Of a stretch of 64,000 nt of DNA, positions 48,217 to 58,540 are shown in pieces. The notes under the pieces are model-generated. The model did not search any database. It was not told the origin of the DNA and was given only the letters and a program-made list of their open reading frames with translations. The DNA comes from Candidatus Latescibacterota bacterium. GTDB taxonomy: Bacteria > Latescibacterota > UBA2968. Position numbers and translations under genes: made by a program. Where the stretch lies: the NCBI GenBank assembly GCA_965208125.1, contig OZ242320.1:5056001-5120000 (forward strand). Reading direction: 5' to 3'. The stretch's first letter is position 1; every line of letters starts with the position of its first letter.

Positions 48217-48252
48217 AAAAAATAGGGCAGACCTTTTGTGGCCTGCCCTGTT
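48217..48252 (-). terminator. Intrinsic terminator after the ABC ATPase gene
   Basis: AATAGGGCAG/CTGCCCTGTT stem with A-tract on + strand. Confidence 0.65.
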
Positions 48253-48310
48253 ATTGGGATTATCTGCGTTAGAGCGAACTCATAAGGGACTGAACGCTGT
48301 GCAACATCAA

Positions 48311-49090
48311 CTACTCAGCCGTTGGATCAAAACCTTCAATACGCCCTTCTTGAATCTCAATCTCATCCCGCCGTCTCACCCGCTCAACCTGCCCATCGCG
48401 CAAATCGACCACGCGATCAGATACCCCGAGCATCTTGTGGTCATGGGTATTGGTCACAATGGTCACACCGCTTTCGCCCTGCATCTTGAGCAACAACTCG
48501 ATAATTTCCTGCCCGGTCTTCAAGTCGAGGTTTCCTGTCGGCTCATCAGCCAGAATCAAATCGGGATCATTGGCCATAGCTCTGGCAATTGCCACGCGCT
48601 GCTGCTGCCCACCCGATAATTCGTAGGGTTTGTGATGCAGGCGGTCGGAAAGCCCCACCAGCGACAATTTGTGTGCGGCCTTTTCTTCGTAATCACTGCG
48701 CGCCATGCCCGAAAACACCATGGGCAAAGACACATTTTCAAGTGCCGACATAACGGGAATCAGGTTAAACGACTGGAAAATATACCCCACACTGTGGCAG
48801 CGCAAATAGGCAATTTGCCCCTGACTCATATCGCCCATATTGGCACCGTTGACCAATACGGTTCCTTTAGTGGGCGTATCTAATGCCCCCACCATGTTAA
48901 ACATCGTGGTTTTGCCCGAACCCGAAGGGCCCATAATTGACAAATACTCACCGCGAATCACATCGAGGTTCACGCCTTGCAGGGCATGCACTTCCTGGTC
49001 ACCCATCCGATAGGTCTTCCAGACCCCCTGGACCTTAATAATATAATCTTCAGTATCAACCTGTTGTTCAGCAGCCGATTCCCGAGCCAT
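48311..49090 (-). CDS. ABC transporter ATP-binding protein (MacB/LolD/FtsE type)
   Basis: GPSGSGKTT, GYIFQSFNLIP, LSGGQQQRVAIARA, LADEPTGNLD, THD. Confidence 0.93.
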   Translation of the reverse strand: MARESAAEQQVDTEDYIIKVQGVWKTYRMGDQEVHALQGVNLDVIRGEYLSIMGPSGSGKTTMFNMVGALDTPTKGTVLVNGANMGDMSQGQIAYLRCHSVGYIFQSFNLIPVMSALENVSLPMVFSGMARSDYEEKAAHKLSLVGLSDRLHHKPYELSGGQQQRVAIARAMANDPDLILADEPTGNLDLKTGQEIIELLLKMQGESGVTIVTNTHDHKMLGVSDRVVDLRDGQVERVRRRDEIEIQEGRIEGFDPTAE

Positions 49091-49280
49091 TGTGTTCTCC
49101 TCTGAAACAATAAAGTTCACCATTGAACTCCCGTATGGTAGGGAAAACCCATGAGCCTGTCAAGCCATTTTAATCCCAATGAAATTCTGCGTGATTCCAA
49201 AAGTATCTTCTACTATATTCTTAGCCTGATTTTCCTATAGCCCTGTCGCATCATCAAAACCAATACGAAAGGATCGTATC

Positions 49281-50105
49281 ATGAAACTCGCAGTATGCAA
49301 TGAATTTTTCGAAGATTGGAAAATCGAGGACGTCTTTAACTACGCAGCGGAAATTGGCTGTGACGGCGTTGAAATCGCGCCTTTTACACTGGCGGAAAGC
49401 GTCACACAAATCTCTGCCAAACAGCGCAGCGACATTCGCAAAGCCGCGGAAAAAACTGGCGTCGAAATTGTTGGCCTGCACTGGCTACTCGCCAGTCCAC
49501 CGGGGCTTTATCTCACGCATCCCGACAAAGCCATCCGCGACAAAACTGAAGATTATATTAAAGCATTGATCAATTTCTGCGGCGACCTGGGCGGACAGAT
49601 TATGATTCACGGCTCACCGGCACAGCGCAACATCCAAAAAGGCTGGAACCGCGAAGAATGCTGGAAACACGCCGTCGATATCTTTTCGAATTGCACCTCA
49701 GAAATGGAACAAAACAACGTCACCTATTGCATCGAAGCACTCACAGGCAAAGAGACCAATATCCTGAACTCCATCTCTGAAGCCCTGAAAATGGTTGCCG
49801 ATGTCGATCATCCAAATTTCCAGACCATGGTCGATACCAAAGCCGCAGCCGCTGAAAACAAATCCCATGTAGATGTGATCGCCGAAGCCGGCAAAGCCAT
49901 GCGCCATGTCCATGTCAACGACCCCAATTTGCGCGGTCCGGGATTTGGCGATCTGCAATTTGCATCCATCCTCCGCGCCCTCAAGGACCGCCACTACGAT
50001 GGTTATATATCCGTAGAAGTCTTTGACTTCAAACCCGACCCACAAACCATTGCCGCGCGCAGCATCGGCTATCTGAAAGGTATTTTGGAAGGATTAAAAA
50101 ATTAG
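49281..50105 (+). CDS. Sugar phosphate isomerase/epimerase (D-tagatose/psicose 3-epimerase-like TIM barrel)
   Basis: GVEIAPFTL, GLHWLL, HGSP, CIEAL, HVHVND, SVEVF. Confidence 0.85.
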   Translation: MKLAVCNEFFEDWKIEDVFNYAAEIGCDGVEIAPFTLAESVTQISAKQRSDIRKAAEKTGVEIVGLHWLLASPPGLYLTHPDKAIRDKTEDYIKALINFCGDLGGQIMIHGSPAQRNIQKGWNREECWKHAVDIFSNCTSEMEQNNVTYCIEALTGKETNILNSISEALKMVADVDHPNFQTMVDTKAAAAENKSHVDVIAEAGKAMRHVHVNDPNLRGPGFGDLQFASILRALKDRHYDGYISVEVFDFKPDPQTIAARSIGYLKGILEGLKN

Positions 50106-50107
50106 AA

Positions 50108-50938
50108 TCAATGTTCCGGCAACCGCTCTGCCACAAATCCCAATTCTTCTTTAATCCGACTCACATCGTAAACACTATCGTATTCACGTCCTGGCTGTTC
50201 AAAATGCGACAGATCCACCTCGTCGCCCCACCAAGCGCGAAAAATCTCCGCCACGGGGACAGCAACCCACGCCTTTGGACCAGCGGCATTCATAATGCGA
50301 ACCCCGGGTTTGTGCGGTGATTGTGCAGACAGCGTGAATACACGAACTGCATCTGGCAAATCCATAATGGTCATGCTGCCCAGACCCCACTGTCGCGTCG
50401 GAGAAATATTTCGCAAAGGCGGCAATCCAGCGTGTGGCACCGAAGATAGTCGCAAATTGATCACATCGATATCGCCATTTTGCCGCGCATAGAACTTTGT
50501 GATCTCCTCCATCAAAAATTTCGACAAACCATACCCATTGCTGTCCAGACATGGGTGTTCATCGGGAATCGGCAATATCTGTGGACGAAAAGCCGGATTC
50601 TGCATCCCAACCGCTGCGATCGAACTCGCCATCACGAATTTGCGGCATCCGCGATCCATCAAATAGCGCATCAAACACCGCGATCCCTCCACATTGACAA
50701 TCAGCGCGTCGCGCTCCGAACAACCGCCGGTCACAGCCGCGAGGTGAATCACAACATCAATCGCTTCATCATTGAGCTGTTGCAAATCTTCAAAAGAGCC
50801 AAACTCGCCGTTCACATAGGGCAAATCCAACTCTGGATCTTTTCGACTCATACAAATCACCCTGTGATCTTCTGCCATTGAGGCAGACAGTGCCCGACCA
50901 ATAAAACCACTCGCTCCGGTAATCAGTACTGTGCTCAC
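50108..50938 (-). CDS. NAD-dependent epimerase/dehydratase
   Basis: ITGASGFIG, HLAA, ASSIA, YGLSK. Confidence 0.88.
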   Translation of the reverse strand: MSTVLITGASGFIGRALSASMAEDHRVICMSRKDPELDLPYVNGEFGSFEDLQQLNDEAIDVVIHLAAVTGGCSERDALIVNVEGSRCLMRYLMDRGCRKFVMASSIAAVGMQNPAFRPQILPIPDEHPCLDSNGYGLSKFLMEEITKFYARQNGDIDVINLRLSSVPHAGLPPLRNISPTRQWGLGSMTIMDLPDAVRVFTLSAQSPHKPGVRIMNAAGPKAWVAVPVAEIFRAWWGDEVDLSHFEQPGREYDSVYDVSRIKEELGFVAERLPEH

Positions 50939-50953
50939 AATCCCTCCTCAGTT

Positions 50954-52186
50954 TTAATCAATAAAAATATCACTCGCCCCACCTAAAACATCTGCGATAA
51001 CCTCCCCCTCTTTCATCACCATCTTCACCTGCCGCAAGCATGCGATATCTTCAAGCGGATTACTCGATAGTGCAATCACATCTGCGAACATCCCAACGCC
51101 AAGATGCCCAACGCAATCCGCCATGCCCAACATCTCAGCCGTATTCGTCGTCATCGCTTTCAACGCATCCACTTCTGACACACCCAGACCAACGAGTTCT
51201 TTAGCCTCGCGCCAGAGCGTTGCATGCGTGCTATCGGTCCCCAAACACACTTTCACACCCGCACGAACAGCTTCGGGAATATATTTTGCCGTCAACTCGC
51301 GCGCGCGTTCAACCCGCTCCCGCCACCAATCCCAGGCCCACGTATCAAAAGACGCAAAACCCACTTCATCGTCGAAAAACAGTTGCAAATTTGGATCGCT
51401 CAAATACGCGCCCGATTTCACAAACAAAGCCACATCCTCTTCGGTCAACAAATTGGCGTGCTCAATACTATTGATCCCCGCTTCCATCGCCCAGCGCATT
51501 GCCGGCCCGCCAATCGCATGTGCAGCCACCGGCAGTCCCAAATCGTGTGAAACAGCAATCGCCGCATCAATCTCCCGCTTCGAATACGCCGCCACATCTG
51601 TCAAATCGCCCCGAATATAGTCCTCATACGCATCGCCCTCCCGCACATTGGTAATAAACAACTTGGTCCAATCCGCACCCCGAGAAAAATTCTCTCTAAT
51701 CTTCACAGCCAGTTCTTCTTCCCCATCTGCTGGAAAACACAAAAAAGGAGCAGTCCCATGACTCGGCCTCAATGCCCGCACACATACCTTCAACCTCGGC
51801 CCCACGGCCTCACCGCGATCAATCGCACCCTGAAAAGCCTTCTCAACACCCGGCCGATCTCCCAGAGTGCGCATGGTCGTCACGCCAGTGCTCAGATCGC
51901 TTCGCAAATTCATCGCACCGCGCAACACAGCCGTTGTCGCGTCCAGATCGAAATGCGCGCTCAAAGGCAAGTTGAACCGATTGTTAATCGTAATATGCAC
52001 ATGGGAATCAATCAACGCCGGCATCACAACATATGACGAGCAATCCACCACCTCGGCGTTTGGAGGCACATCTACTTCAGCCCCAACATCAACTACGCGG
52101 CCGTTGTTTACGACGACCATTCCCTGCGGAACGGGTACACAATCGGGATGAACAATCAACAATTTGGATTTAATCACTTTTGACAT
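50954..52186 (-). CDS. Amidohydrolase family protein (Xaa-Pro dipeptidase-like)
   Basis: PALIDSHVH, GVTTMR, AAHA, SIEH, LGTD, ADVI..NPLEDI. Confidence 0.88.
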   Translation of the reverse strand: MSKVIKSKLLIVHPDCVPVPQGMVVVNNGRVVDVGAEVDVPPNAEVVDCSSYVVMPALIDSHVHITINNRFNLPLSAHFDLDATTAVLRGAMNLRSDLSTGVTTMRTLGDRPGVEKAFQGAIDRGEAVGPRLKVCVRALRPSHGTAPFLCFPADGEEELAVKIRENFSRGADWTKLFITNVREGDAYEDYIRGDLTDVAAYSKREIDAAIAVSHDLGLPVAAHAIGGPAMRWAMEAGINSIEHANLLTEEDVALFVKSGAYLSDPNLQLFFDDEVGFASFDTWAWDWWRERVERARELTAKYIPEAVRAGVKVCLGTDSTHATLWREAKELVGLGVSEVDALKAMTTNTAEMLGMADCVGHLGVGMFADVIALSSNPLEDIACLRQVKMVMKEGEVIADVLGGASDIFID

Positions 52187-52254
52187 GATTACTTTGTTTG
52201 TATAATGTAGGTGGAACAACAGAACACCGTCATTTTGATCACCGGAGATATATT

Positions 52255-53511
52255 ATGCAATTTGGCATCTTTTACGAACACCAGATCCCCCGCCCCTGGG
52301 CAGAAGGCGAAGAACACCAGCTTTTCAAAGACGCACTCGAGCAAGTCGAAGTCGCCGATCGGATTGGCATTGAATATGTTTGGGAAGTTGAACATCACTT
52401 TTTGGAAGAATATTCCCACTCCTCAGCACCCGAAGTCTTTCTCGCCGCATGCAGCCAGCGATCCAAAAATATTCGCCTGGGACACGGCATTGTACTCATG
52501 CCCCCCAATTATAACCATCCGGCCCGCGTTGCCGAACGCATCGCAACCCTCGACCTGATCAGCGACGGGCGCGTTGAATGGGGCACGGGAGAATCGGCCT
52601 CTCGCGCGGAACTCGAGGGCTTCAACGTGCCGCCCGGAGAAAAAAAAGCAATGTGGGCGGAAACCGTCCGGGAAACCGCCAAAATGTTCGCATCAGACCC
52701 GTACCCCGGATATGACGGCGAATTTTTTTCAATGCCCGAACGCAATATTGTGCCCAAACCCCTGCAAAAACCCCACCCACCGCTGTGGGTCGCCTGTTCC
52801 AACCGCGAAAGCATTCGCTGGGCAGGGAAACACGGCATTGGCGCGCTCACCTTTGCCTTTATCGAACCCGAAGATGCCAAATACTGGGTTGACGAATACT
52901 ACACCGCATTTGAAAATGAATGCGAACCTCTCGGACAAGCCGTCAACCCCACCATCGCCATGGTCGCTGGATTTATGTGTCACGAAAACGGGGAAAAAGC
53001 GCGCGCACAGGGCCTCGAAGGATTTCAATTTTTCGGCTATGCCCTTTCCCATTATTATCGCCACGGCACTCACATCCCCGGCGAATTTGACATCTGGGCA
53101 GACTTCCAGGAAAACAAACCCGAGAGGAAAAAAGGTTCGGGATCAGGCTGCATTGGCTCCCCGGACGAAATACGCGCTCACCTCGAATCAATGGAAGAAA
53201 TCGGCGTCGATCAGGTCGTCTTCCTGCAGCAAGCCGGCAACAACAGACACGATCATATATGCGAATCGCTCGAATGTTTCGCACAAAATGTAATGCCCGA
53301 CTTCAAAGCGCGACACGAAATATACGCCGCACAAAAAGCAGAACGACTCGGCCCCGCCATCGAAAAAGCACTCTCTAAAATTCCACCAATTGACAAACCC
53401 AAATCCACACCCTTCGAAGCCTATCCACTCTTAAAATCACCCGAAGAAAAGCAAGAAGACCTCCAGATTGTAGAGTCTATTGCGGGGAAAAAGACAAAAG
53501 AAGACAGCTAA
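52255..53511 (+). CDS. LLM-class flavin-dependent oxidoreductase
   Basis: WEVEHHFLEEYSHSSAPE, HPARVAERIATLDLISDGR, PKPLQKPHPPLW. Confidence 0.9.
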   Translation: MQFGIFYEHQIPRPWAEGEEHQLFKDALEQVEVADRIGIEYVWEVEHHFLEEYSHSSAPEVFLAACSQRSKNIRLGHGIVLMPPNYNHPARVAERIATLDLISDGRVEWGTGESASRAELEGFNVPPGEKKAMWAETVRETAKMFASDPYPGYDGEFFSMPERNIVPKPLQKPHPPLWVACSNRESIRWAGKHGIGALTFAFIEPEDAKYWVDEYYTAFENECEPLGQAVNPTIAMVAGFMCHENGEKARAQGLEGFQFFGYALSHYYRHGTHIPGEFDIWADFQENKPERKKGSGSGCIGSPDEIRAHLESMEEIGVDQVVFLQQAGNNRHDHICESLECFAQNVMPDFKARHEIYAAQKAERLGPAIEKALSKIPPIDKPKSTPFEAYPLLKSPEEKQEDLQIVESIAGKKTKEDS

Positions 53512-53586
53512 TCAACAAATCGGGATTAGCACTGACTTCGGGTGGTGGGCGGGATGAACTGCTGGAGCAGTTGTACCCCGCTCCGT

Positions 53587-54798
53587 CTATTCGTCTATTC
53601 GTCCAATCGCCTCACGCACCGCTTCTATTGTATCTTCAATATCTGCCTCTGTATGGGCAAGAGAGAGAAACATCGGATGCGAGGGATGTAAGTAATACCC
53701 CTGTGCAAGACATCCCCGCAACATTCCCATGCAGCGATCGCGATCAGAATTTTCCATCGCGGGACGCGGCATTGGCCCAACGCCAATGAGCCGATAACTC
53801 AGCCCTCCTGCTTTGCAAACCGCGTTGATACCTTCGATCAACCGATTCCCAATCTTCCATTGATAGGCAATGCCATTCCGCCTCTGCAGTTCCCCTATCA
53901 CGACCTCCATAGCCGCCAAACTGAGCGGATCCCCGTGCGCGGTAGCTGTCATCCACACCGACTGGCATGCTTTTGACCCCAGAATCTCGCGTTTCCCGGC
54001 AATAAAACTTCCCGCATACCCATTGCAACATGCTTTGCCAAACGTCGCAATATCGGGTACAACCCCATAATATTCACCCGCGCCGCCCATTGCCACGCGA
54101 AACCCTACCTTTGTCTCGTCAAACACGCAGATTGCGCCGTGTGCATGTGCCAGATCCACACACCCTTGCAAAAACCCATCCGGCGGCCCGCTGCCTTGAA
54201 TCGTCTCCATCACCACACACGCCACCTGATTGTCATACTTCTTCAAACGCGATTCCAGAGCGTCTAAATCGCCGTAGGGAACCGCACAGGTCAACTCGCT
54301 GACGGATTTTGGGACACCCTCATCGTCCGGGCGCGCCCAATCGTGCCAGCCGTGATACCCGCACATAATCACTCTATCGCGTCCCGTATATACCCGCGCC
54401 AGGCGTACCGCACTGGAAGTCGCTGCACTGCCCCCAATAAAAAACCCCACCATCTCTGCACACGGAATCACTTCAATGAGCAACTCTGCAACCGTCAACT
54501 CCCGGGGATGCGCCAGACTGTACACCGTGCCATTCGCCATCTGATCCTGTATTGCACGGCACACAGCGGGGTCATCATACCCCAGAACAATCGGTCCAAA
54601 ACCCAGCAAATAATCCAGATACGCATTGCCATCCACATCCCAAAATCGCGCCCCCGCTGCGCGCTGGACAAATGCGGGATAGCCCATGCCCGACATAGCA
54701 AAAATACTTTTATGTGGAATATATCCGCGAAACAGAATATCATCATAGCGATTTAGCAGAGACTTCGACTTTGCAATGGTGTAATTCTTTTTTGACAT
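53587..54798 (-). CDS. Class III aminotransferase (glutamate-1-semialdehyde aminomutase-like)
   Basis: GARFWDVDGNAYLDY, GYHGWHD, FDETKVGFR, PDIATFGKA. Confidence 0.85.
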   Translation of the reverse strand: MSKKNYTIAKSKSLLNRYDDILFRGYIPHKSIFAMSGMGYPAFVQRAAGARFWDVDGNAYLDYLLGFGPIVLGYDDPAVCRAIQDQMANGTVYSLAHPRELTVAELLIEVIPCAEMVGFFIGGSAATSSAVRLARVYTGRDRVIMCGYHGWHDWARPDDEGVPKSVSELTCAVPYGDLDALESRLKKYDNQVACVVMETIQGSGPPDGFLQGCVDLAHAHGAICVFDETKVGFRVAMGGAGEYYGVVPDIATFGKACCNGYAGSFIAGKREILGSKACQSVWMTATAHGDPLSLAAMEVVIGELQRRNGIAYQWKIGNRLIEGINAVCKAGGLSYRLIGVGPMPRPAMENSDRDRCMGMLRGCLAQGYYLHPSHPMFLSLAHTEADIEDTIEAVREAIGRIDE

Positions 54799-54977
54799 TT
54801 ATTGATCTCCTGCGCCCATAAATTGAACTTCTTTTTCTAACAACAAATAAACTTCTCAAACAGACACAAGCACAAAATAGACTGCTTCTGCGCTCCTATT
54901 GTACTTGCTACCTGTCTTTTCTTATCCTATTTTTGATAATATAAAACTACAGGAGCCTACCTGCCTCCTTTCTCTCG

Positions 54978-55006
54978 CCTCTTACGTCTCACCTCTTACC
55001 TCTCAC
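54978..55006. repeat. Degenerate heptamer tandem repeat
   Basis: CCTCTTA CGTCTCA CCTCTTA CCTCTCA. Confidence 0.55.
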
Positions 55007-55016
55007 TGGATAATTT

Positions 55017-56051
55017 ATGCCACGCGAACTCATAGCAGACCGACCGGGGCATACGACCTTGCGGGAATACGATGAAGTCTCCCTAAAACCCGGTCAAGTA
55101 CGCACAAAAACCCTGTTTTCAGCAGTAAAACACGGCACGGAGTTCCGGGGTTTTCAGGCCAATACACTCGATGCGTCCGATGTTTTTAGCTGGGAATGGC
55201 GCATGCACCTGCGCGGACAAAAGCAGAAAGATGCGTTTCCAAAACGGTTGGGCAATATGTATGTCGCCAAAGTGACAGATGTGGGACAAGACGTGTCAAA
55301 TATTCGGGAGGGAGATCGGATTTTTGGTCATGGCCCCGTTCGAGAGACGCATACACTTTCGGCGGACTGCGTAGAAAAAGCACCGGATGGCGTATCGTGG
55401 CAGGCTCTAATGGCTACAGACCCCGCAGGCGTTGCCCTCGGAGGCGTCAGAGACGCCAATATCCGCATTGGGGATCGCGTCGCAGTCTTTGGTCTGGGGG
55501 CGATTGGATTGATGACCGTACAACTCGCCCGCATCGCTGGCGCGCGCTGGGTCGCGGCAATTGACCCCATTGAAAAGCGATGCCTGATTTCCGAAGCCTA
55601 CGGTGCAGATATCGTCCTGGACCCACGCGAAACTGATGTGGGCATGGTTATTAAACAAGCCACCGCAAAACTCGGCGTCGATGTATCTATGGAAACCAGC
55701 GGATCGTCCGCTGCAATGACCGACGCCCTGCGTTCAACGCGCTATCAGGGCACGGTTGTATCCACGGCATATTACAATGCCCCCATGCAAAGCCTGCATT
55801 TGACCGGCGAATGGCATCGCAATCGGATTCGCATTATATCCGTGAGATCCGACAGCGAACCCTGGCTGGATTACGGATGGGACAAAAAGCGCGGAAATAA
55901 AGAAGCCTTCGACCTGCTCGTTGAAGGCCGTCTAAACGCCGAGGGCTTGATCGATCCCATCGTGCCTCTTAACCATGTTGCCGAAGCCTATATGCAAATG
56001 AATGAATACCCGGAAACGGGCATTAAACTCGGTGTTGATCATTCCCTCTAA
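55017..56051 (+). CDS. MDR-family (zinc-binding type) dehydrogenase
   Basis: VKHGTE, VFGLGAIG, GVDVSMETSG. Confidence 0.85.
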   Translation: MPRELIADRPGHTTLREYDEVSLKPGQVRTKTLFSAVKHGTEFRGFQANTLDASDVFSWEWRMHLRGQKQKDAFPKRLGNMYVAKVTDVGQDVSNIREGDRIFGHGPVRETHTLSADCVEKAPDGVSWQALMATDPAGVALGGVRDANIRIGDRVAVFGLGAIGLMTVQLARIAGARWVAAIDPIEKRCLISEAYGADIVLDPRETDVGMVIKQATAKLGVDVSMETSGSSAAMTDALRSTRYQGTVVSTAYYNAPMQSLHLTGEWHRNRIRIISVRSDSEPWLDYGWDKKRGNKEAFDLLVEGRLNAEGLIDPIVPLNHVAEAYMQMNEYPETGIKLGVDHSL

Positions 56052-58540
56052 TGGGTGATCTCACCACTTTACTCATGCCAAAAATTCAAACCATAGCGAT
56101 ATGTCTATCCATCCTGTTGACCACCACAGACCTGCTGGCGAATGAGGGCACAGTACAGCAAGTCTCAGGAGACCTCGTTTACGTCACGGGCATGAATGGT
56201 CTGGCGCCACTGTGGTCAAATCTCACAGTGCAGAACGGACAGGACACAGGCGCAAGACTCGAAGTCATCAAAGAATTGCCAGAATTGGTCGTAACGAGAG
56301 TCGTAGAAGCCAACGGAACAGCGGTGAATACCGGTGATGCAGTGATGCTGAGTACCGCACAACCAGACGTATCGGCGCGAAAAGCCAGACGGACTGTTTA
56401 CGCCACCCGCGTTGACAAAAATCCAAATGTAGATGGCGTACTGGACGACTCTGTATGGTCGCGGGCAACACCGATCAGGGGTTTTGTACAGCGCGATCCA
56501 AACTACTGGATGCCGAGTCCCGAACAAACAATCGTGCGGATTATTTACACGGACAAAAGCATCTACTTTGGTTTTGAATGCCTCGTCCCGGACTCCTCTC
56601 AATTTATCGCAAACAACATGCGACGAGATTCCGAAATCCGCGGCGATGACAATATTCAAATCCTGCTCGACACGTACAATGATCGGCAAAATGGCTTCTT
56701 TTTCTCTGTCAATCCCCTTGGGGCGCAAAGCGATTTGATGCTCTCCAACGAGGGGCGAACCTATAACCGCGATTGGGATTGCAATTGGACCGCCCGCACC
56801 AGGCACTATCCCGACCGATGGACAGTCGAAATCGAAATCCCGTTCAGCCAACTGCGGTTTAAGCAAGCTGCCGACGCCACATGGGGCATCAATCTTGCGC
56901 GCTATATTGCCCGAAAAAATCTGGCGACCCAACTCGTCGTCGGCCAGCAGACTTCTTCATCCACAGAGCGTTACCGCACGGCGGACATCGGCGAACTTCA
57001 CGGCCTCCAACACATTCGCGCCAGACGTCCGATATACATCAAACCCTACGCTTTGCCGGGCACGACCATGGACGATCAGGCAATCAATCCCTCTGAAAGC
57101 CGCACATTTGAAACGGGTCTCGATCTGCGCTATGGCATCACGTCAAACATCTCGCTCGACCTATCCTACAACACGGATTTCGCACAGGTCGAAGGCGACC
57201 AGGAACAAACCAACCTGACGCAGTTTCGCCTCTTCTTCCCCGAAAAACGCGAGTTCTTCCTCGAAGGGGCCAACCTATTCCAATTTGGCGAACAAGCGCG
57301 AAGAACCGGCAGCGGTACCAGACCCCCCACCCTCCTTTTTTACACCAGACGCATCGGCCTTGAGAAAGGAAAAAAAATCCCGATTATCGTCGGATCAAAA
57401 ATTGCCGGGAAAGAAGGGCGAACAAGTATTGGCGGCCTCAATGTACTGACCGACGCGGCATTATTTGCAGAAGATGGCGACACAGTCCTGGTACACCGCA
57501 CCAACTACTCGGTCCTCAGCGTAAGACGCGACATCTTCGCACGGTCAAACTTTGGTTTCATCATGGTCAACAAACAAATCGATGATCCTCACGAGGGATG
57601 GAACCAGTACAACCGCGCGGGGGGCATTGATTTTAACTATTCCCCAACGCCAAACCTGAATTTCCAGGCATTTGCTGCGCGAACATGGGATTCGCAGGTA
57701 GAAAACGCAGACGATGCGCGTTTTGCATCTATGAACTATCGCGGCACCAAATATTGGGCGCGTTTCAAAGTTCTCGATGTCGAAGAACAATTTGAACCTG
57801 CCGTGGGGTTCATCAATAGCAGAAGTGGATTGGAAGGTTTTAGACGTTATGACCTCTATGCCCGCTACCGCCCCAGACCGAAATTCGCCAATATTCGCTA
57901 CATGTCAATCGGTCCCGAAGCGCAAATTTTTACAGACCGCGACAACAATGTGAAATACTGGACAGTCGAACTCTCGACATTTGCCATCTTTAATACCGGC
58001 GACTACTGGCGGTTCGAATTAAAACGCACGCGCGACGTAGTCGATGAGGAATTCTCTCCCTCTGCGCGAAACAAAGATGTAATCATCCCCCCCGATACCT
58101 ATACCTTCACGTCATTTACCACGGGACCGCGTCCCAGCCGATCTCGAAAACTGCGCCCCGGCATCACCTTTGAAGCCGGCACATACTACACGGGAAGACG
58201 CTATACCATACGGTCGGAAAGCGCCTTTCGCCCCTCTGGTCAACTGTCTTATGAAGTGGAATATCAGGGCGACTGGGTCCGACTTCCACAGGGGAACTTT
58301 AACATCCACACGCTCAGCAACCGCCTGCAATACTCTTTTTCCACAGACTTTTTTGTCAAGCTCTTTGTGCAGTGGAACAACGACAAAGAGTTCGCAAGCG
58401 CGAATTTTCTCCTCAACTACCGGTATCGCCCCGGCAGCGACATCTTTCTCGTCTTCGACAGCGCTTATGGCACCGATCCGACTTTAACCCGACGAAACCG
58501 TTCAGTACTCCTCAAGCTCTCCTATCTTCTGGGTCTGTGA
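56051..58540 (+). CDS. CBM9-like plus DUF5916 outer-membrane protein
   Basis: DGVLDD..W, LDTYND, NPLG, EIEIPFSQLRF, NTDFAQVE, LFFPEKREFFLEG, FYTRRIG; C-terminal LKLSYL. Confidence 0.8.
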   Translation: MGDLTTLLMPKIQTIAICLSILLTTTDLLANEGTVQQVSGDLVYVTGMNGLAPLWSNLTVQNGQDTGARLEVIKELPELVVTRVVEANGTAVNTGDAVMLSTAQPDVSARKARRTVYATRVDKNPNVDGVLDDSVWSRATPIRGFVQRDPNYWMPSPEQTIVRIIYTDKSIYFGFECLVPDSSQFIANNMRRDSEIRGDDNIQILLDTYNDRQNGFFFSVNPLGAQSDLMLSNEGRTYNRDWDCNWTARTRHYPDRWTVEIEIPFSQLRFKQAADATWGINLARYIARKNLATQLVVGQQTSSSTERYRTADIGELHGLQHIRARRPIYIKPYALPGTTMDDQAINPSESRTFETGLDLRYGITSNISLDLSYNTDFAQVEGDQEQTNLTQFRLFFPEKREFFLEGANLFQFGEQARRTGSGTRPPTLLFYTRRIGLEKGKKIPIIVGSKIAGKEGRTSIGGLNVLTDAALFAEDGDTVLVHRTNYSVLSVRRDIFARSNFGFIMVNKQIDDPHEGWNQYNRAGGIDFNYSPTPNLNFQAFAARTWDSQVENADDARFASMNYRGTKYWARFKVLDVEEQFEPAVGFINSRSGLEGFRRYDLYARYRPRPKFANIRYMSIGPEAQIFTDRDNNVKYWTVELSTFAIFNTGDYWRFELKRTRDVVDEEFSPSARNKDVIIPPDTYTFTSFTTGPRPSRSRKLRPGITFEAGTYYTGRRYTIRSESAFRPSGQLSYEVEYQGDWVRLPQGNFNIHTLSNRLQYSFSTDFFVKLFVQWNNDKEFASANFLLNYRYRPGSDIFLVFDSAYGTDPTLTRRNRSVLLKLSYLLGL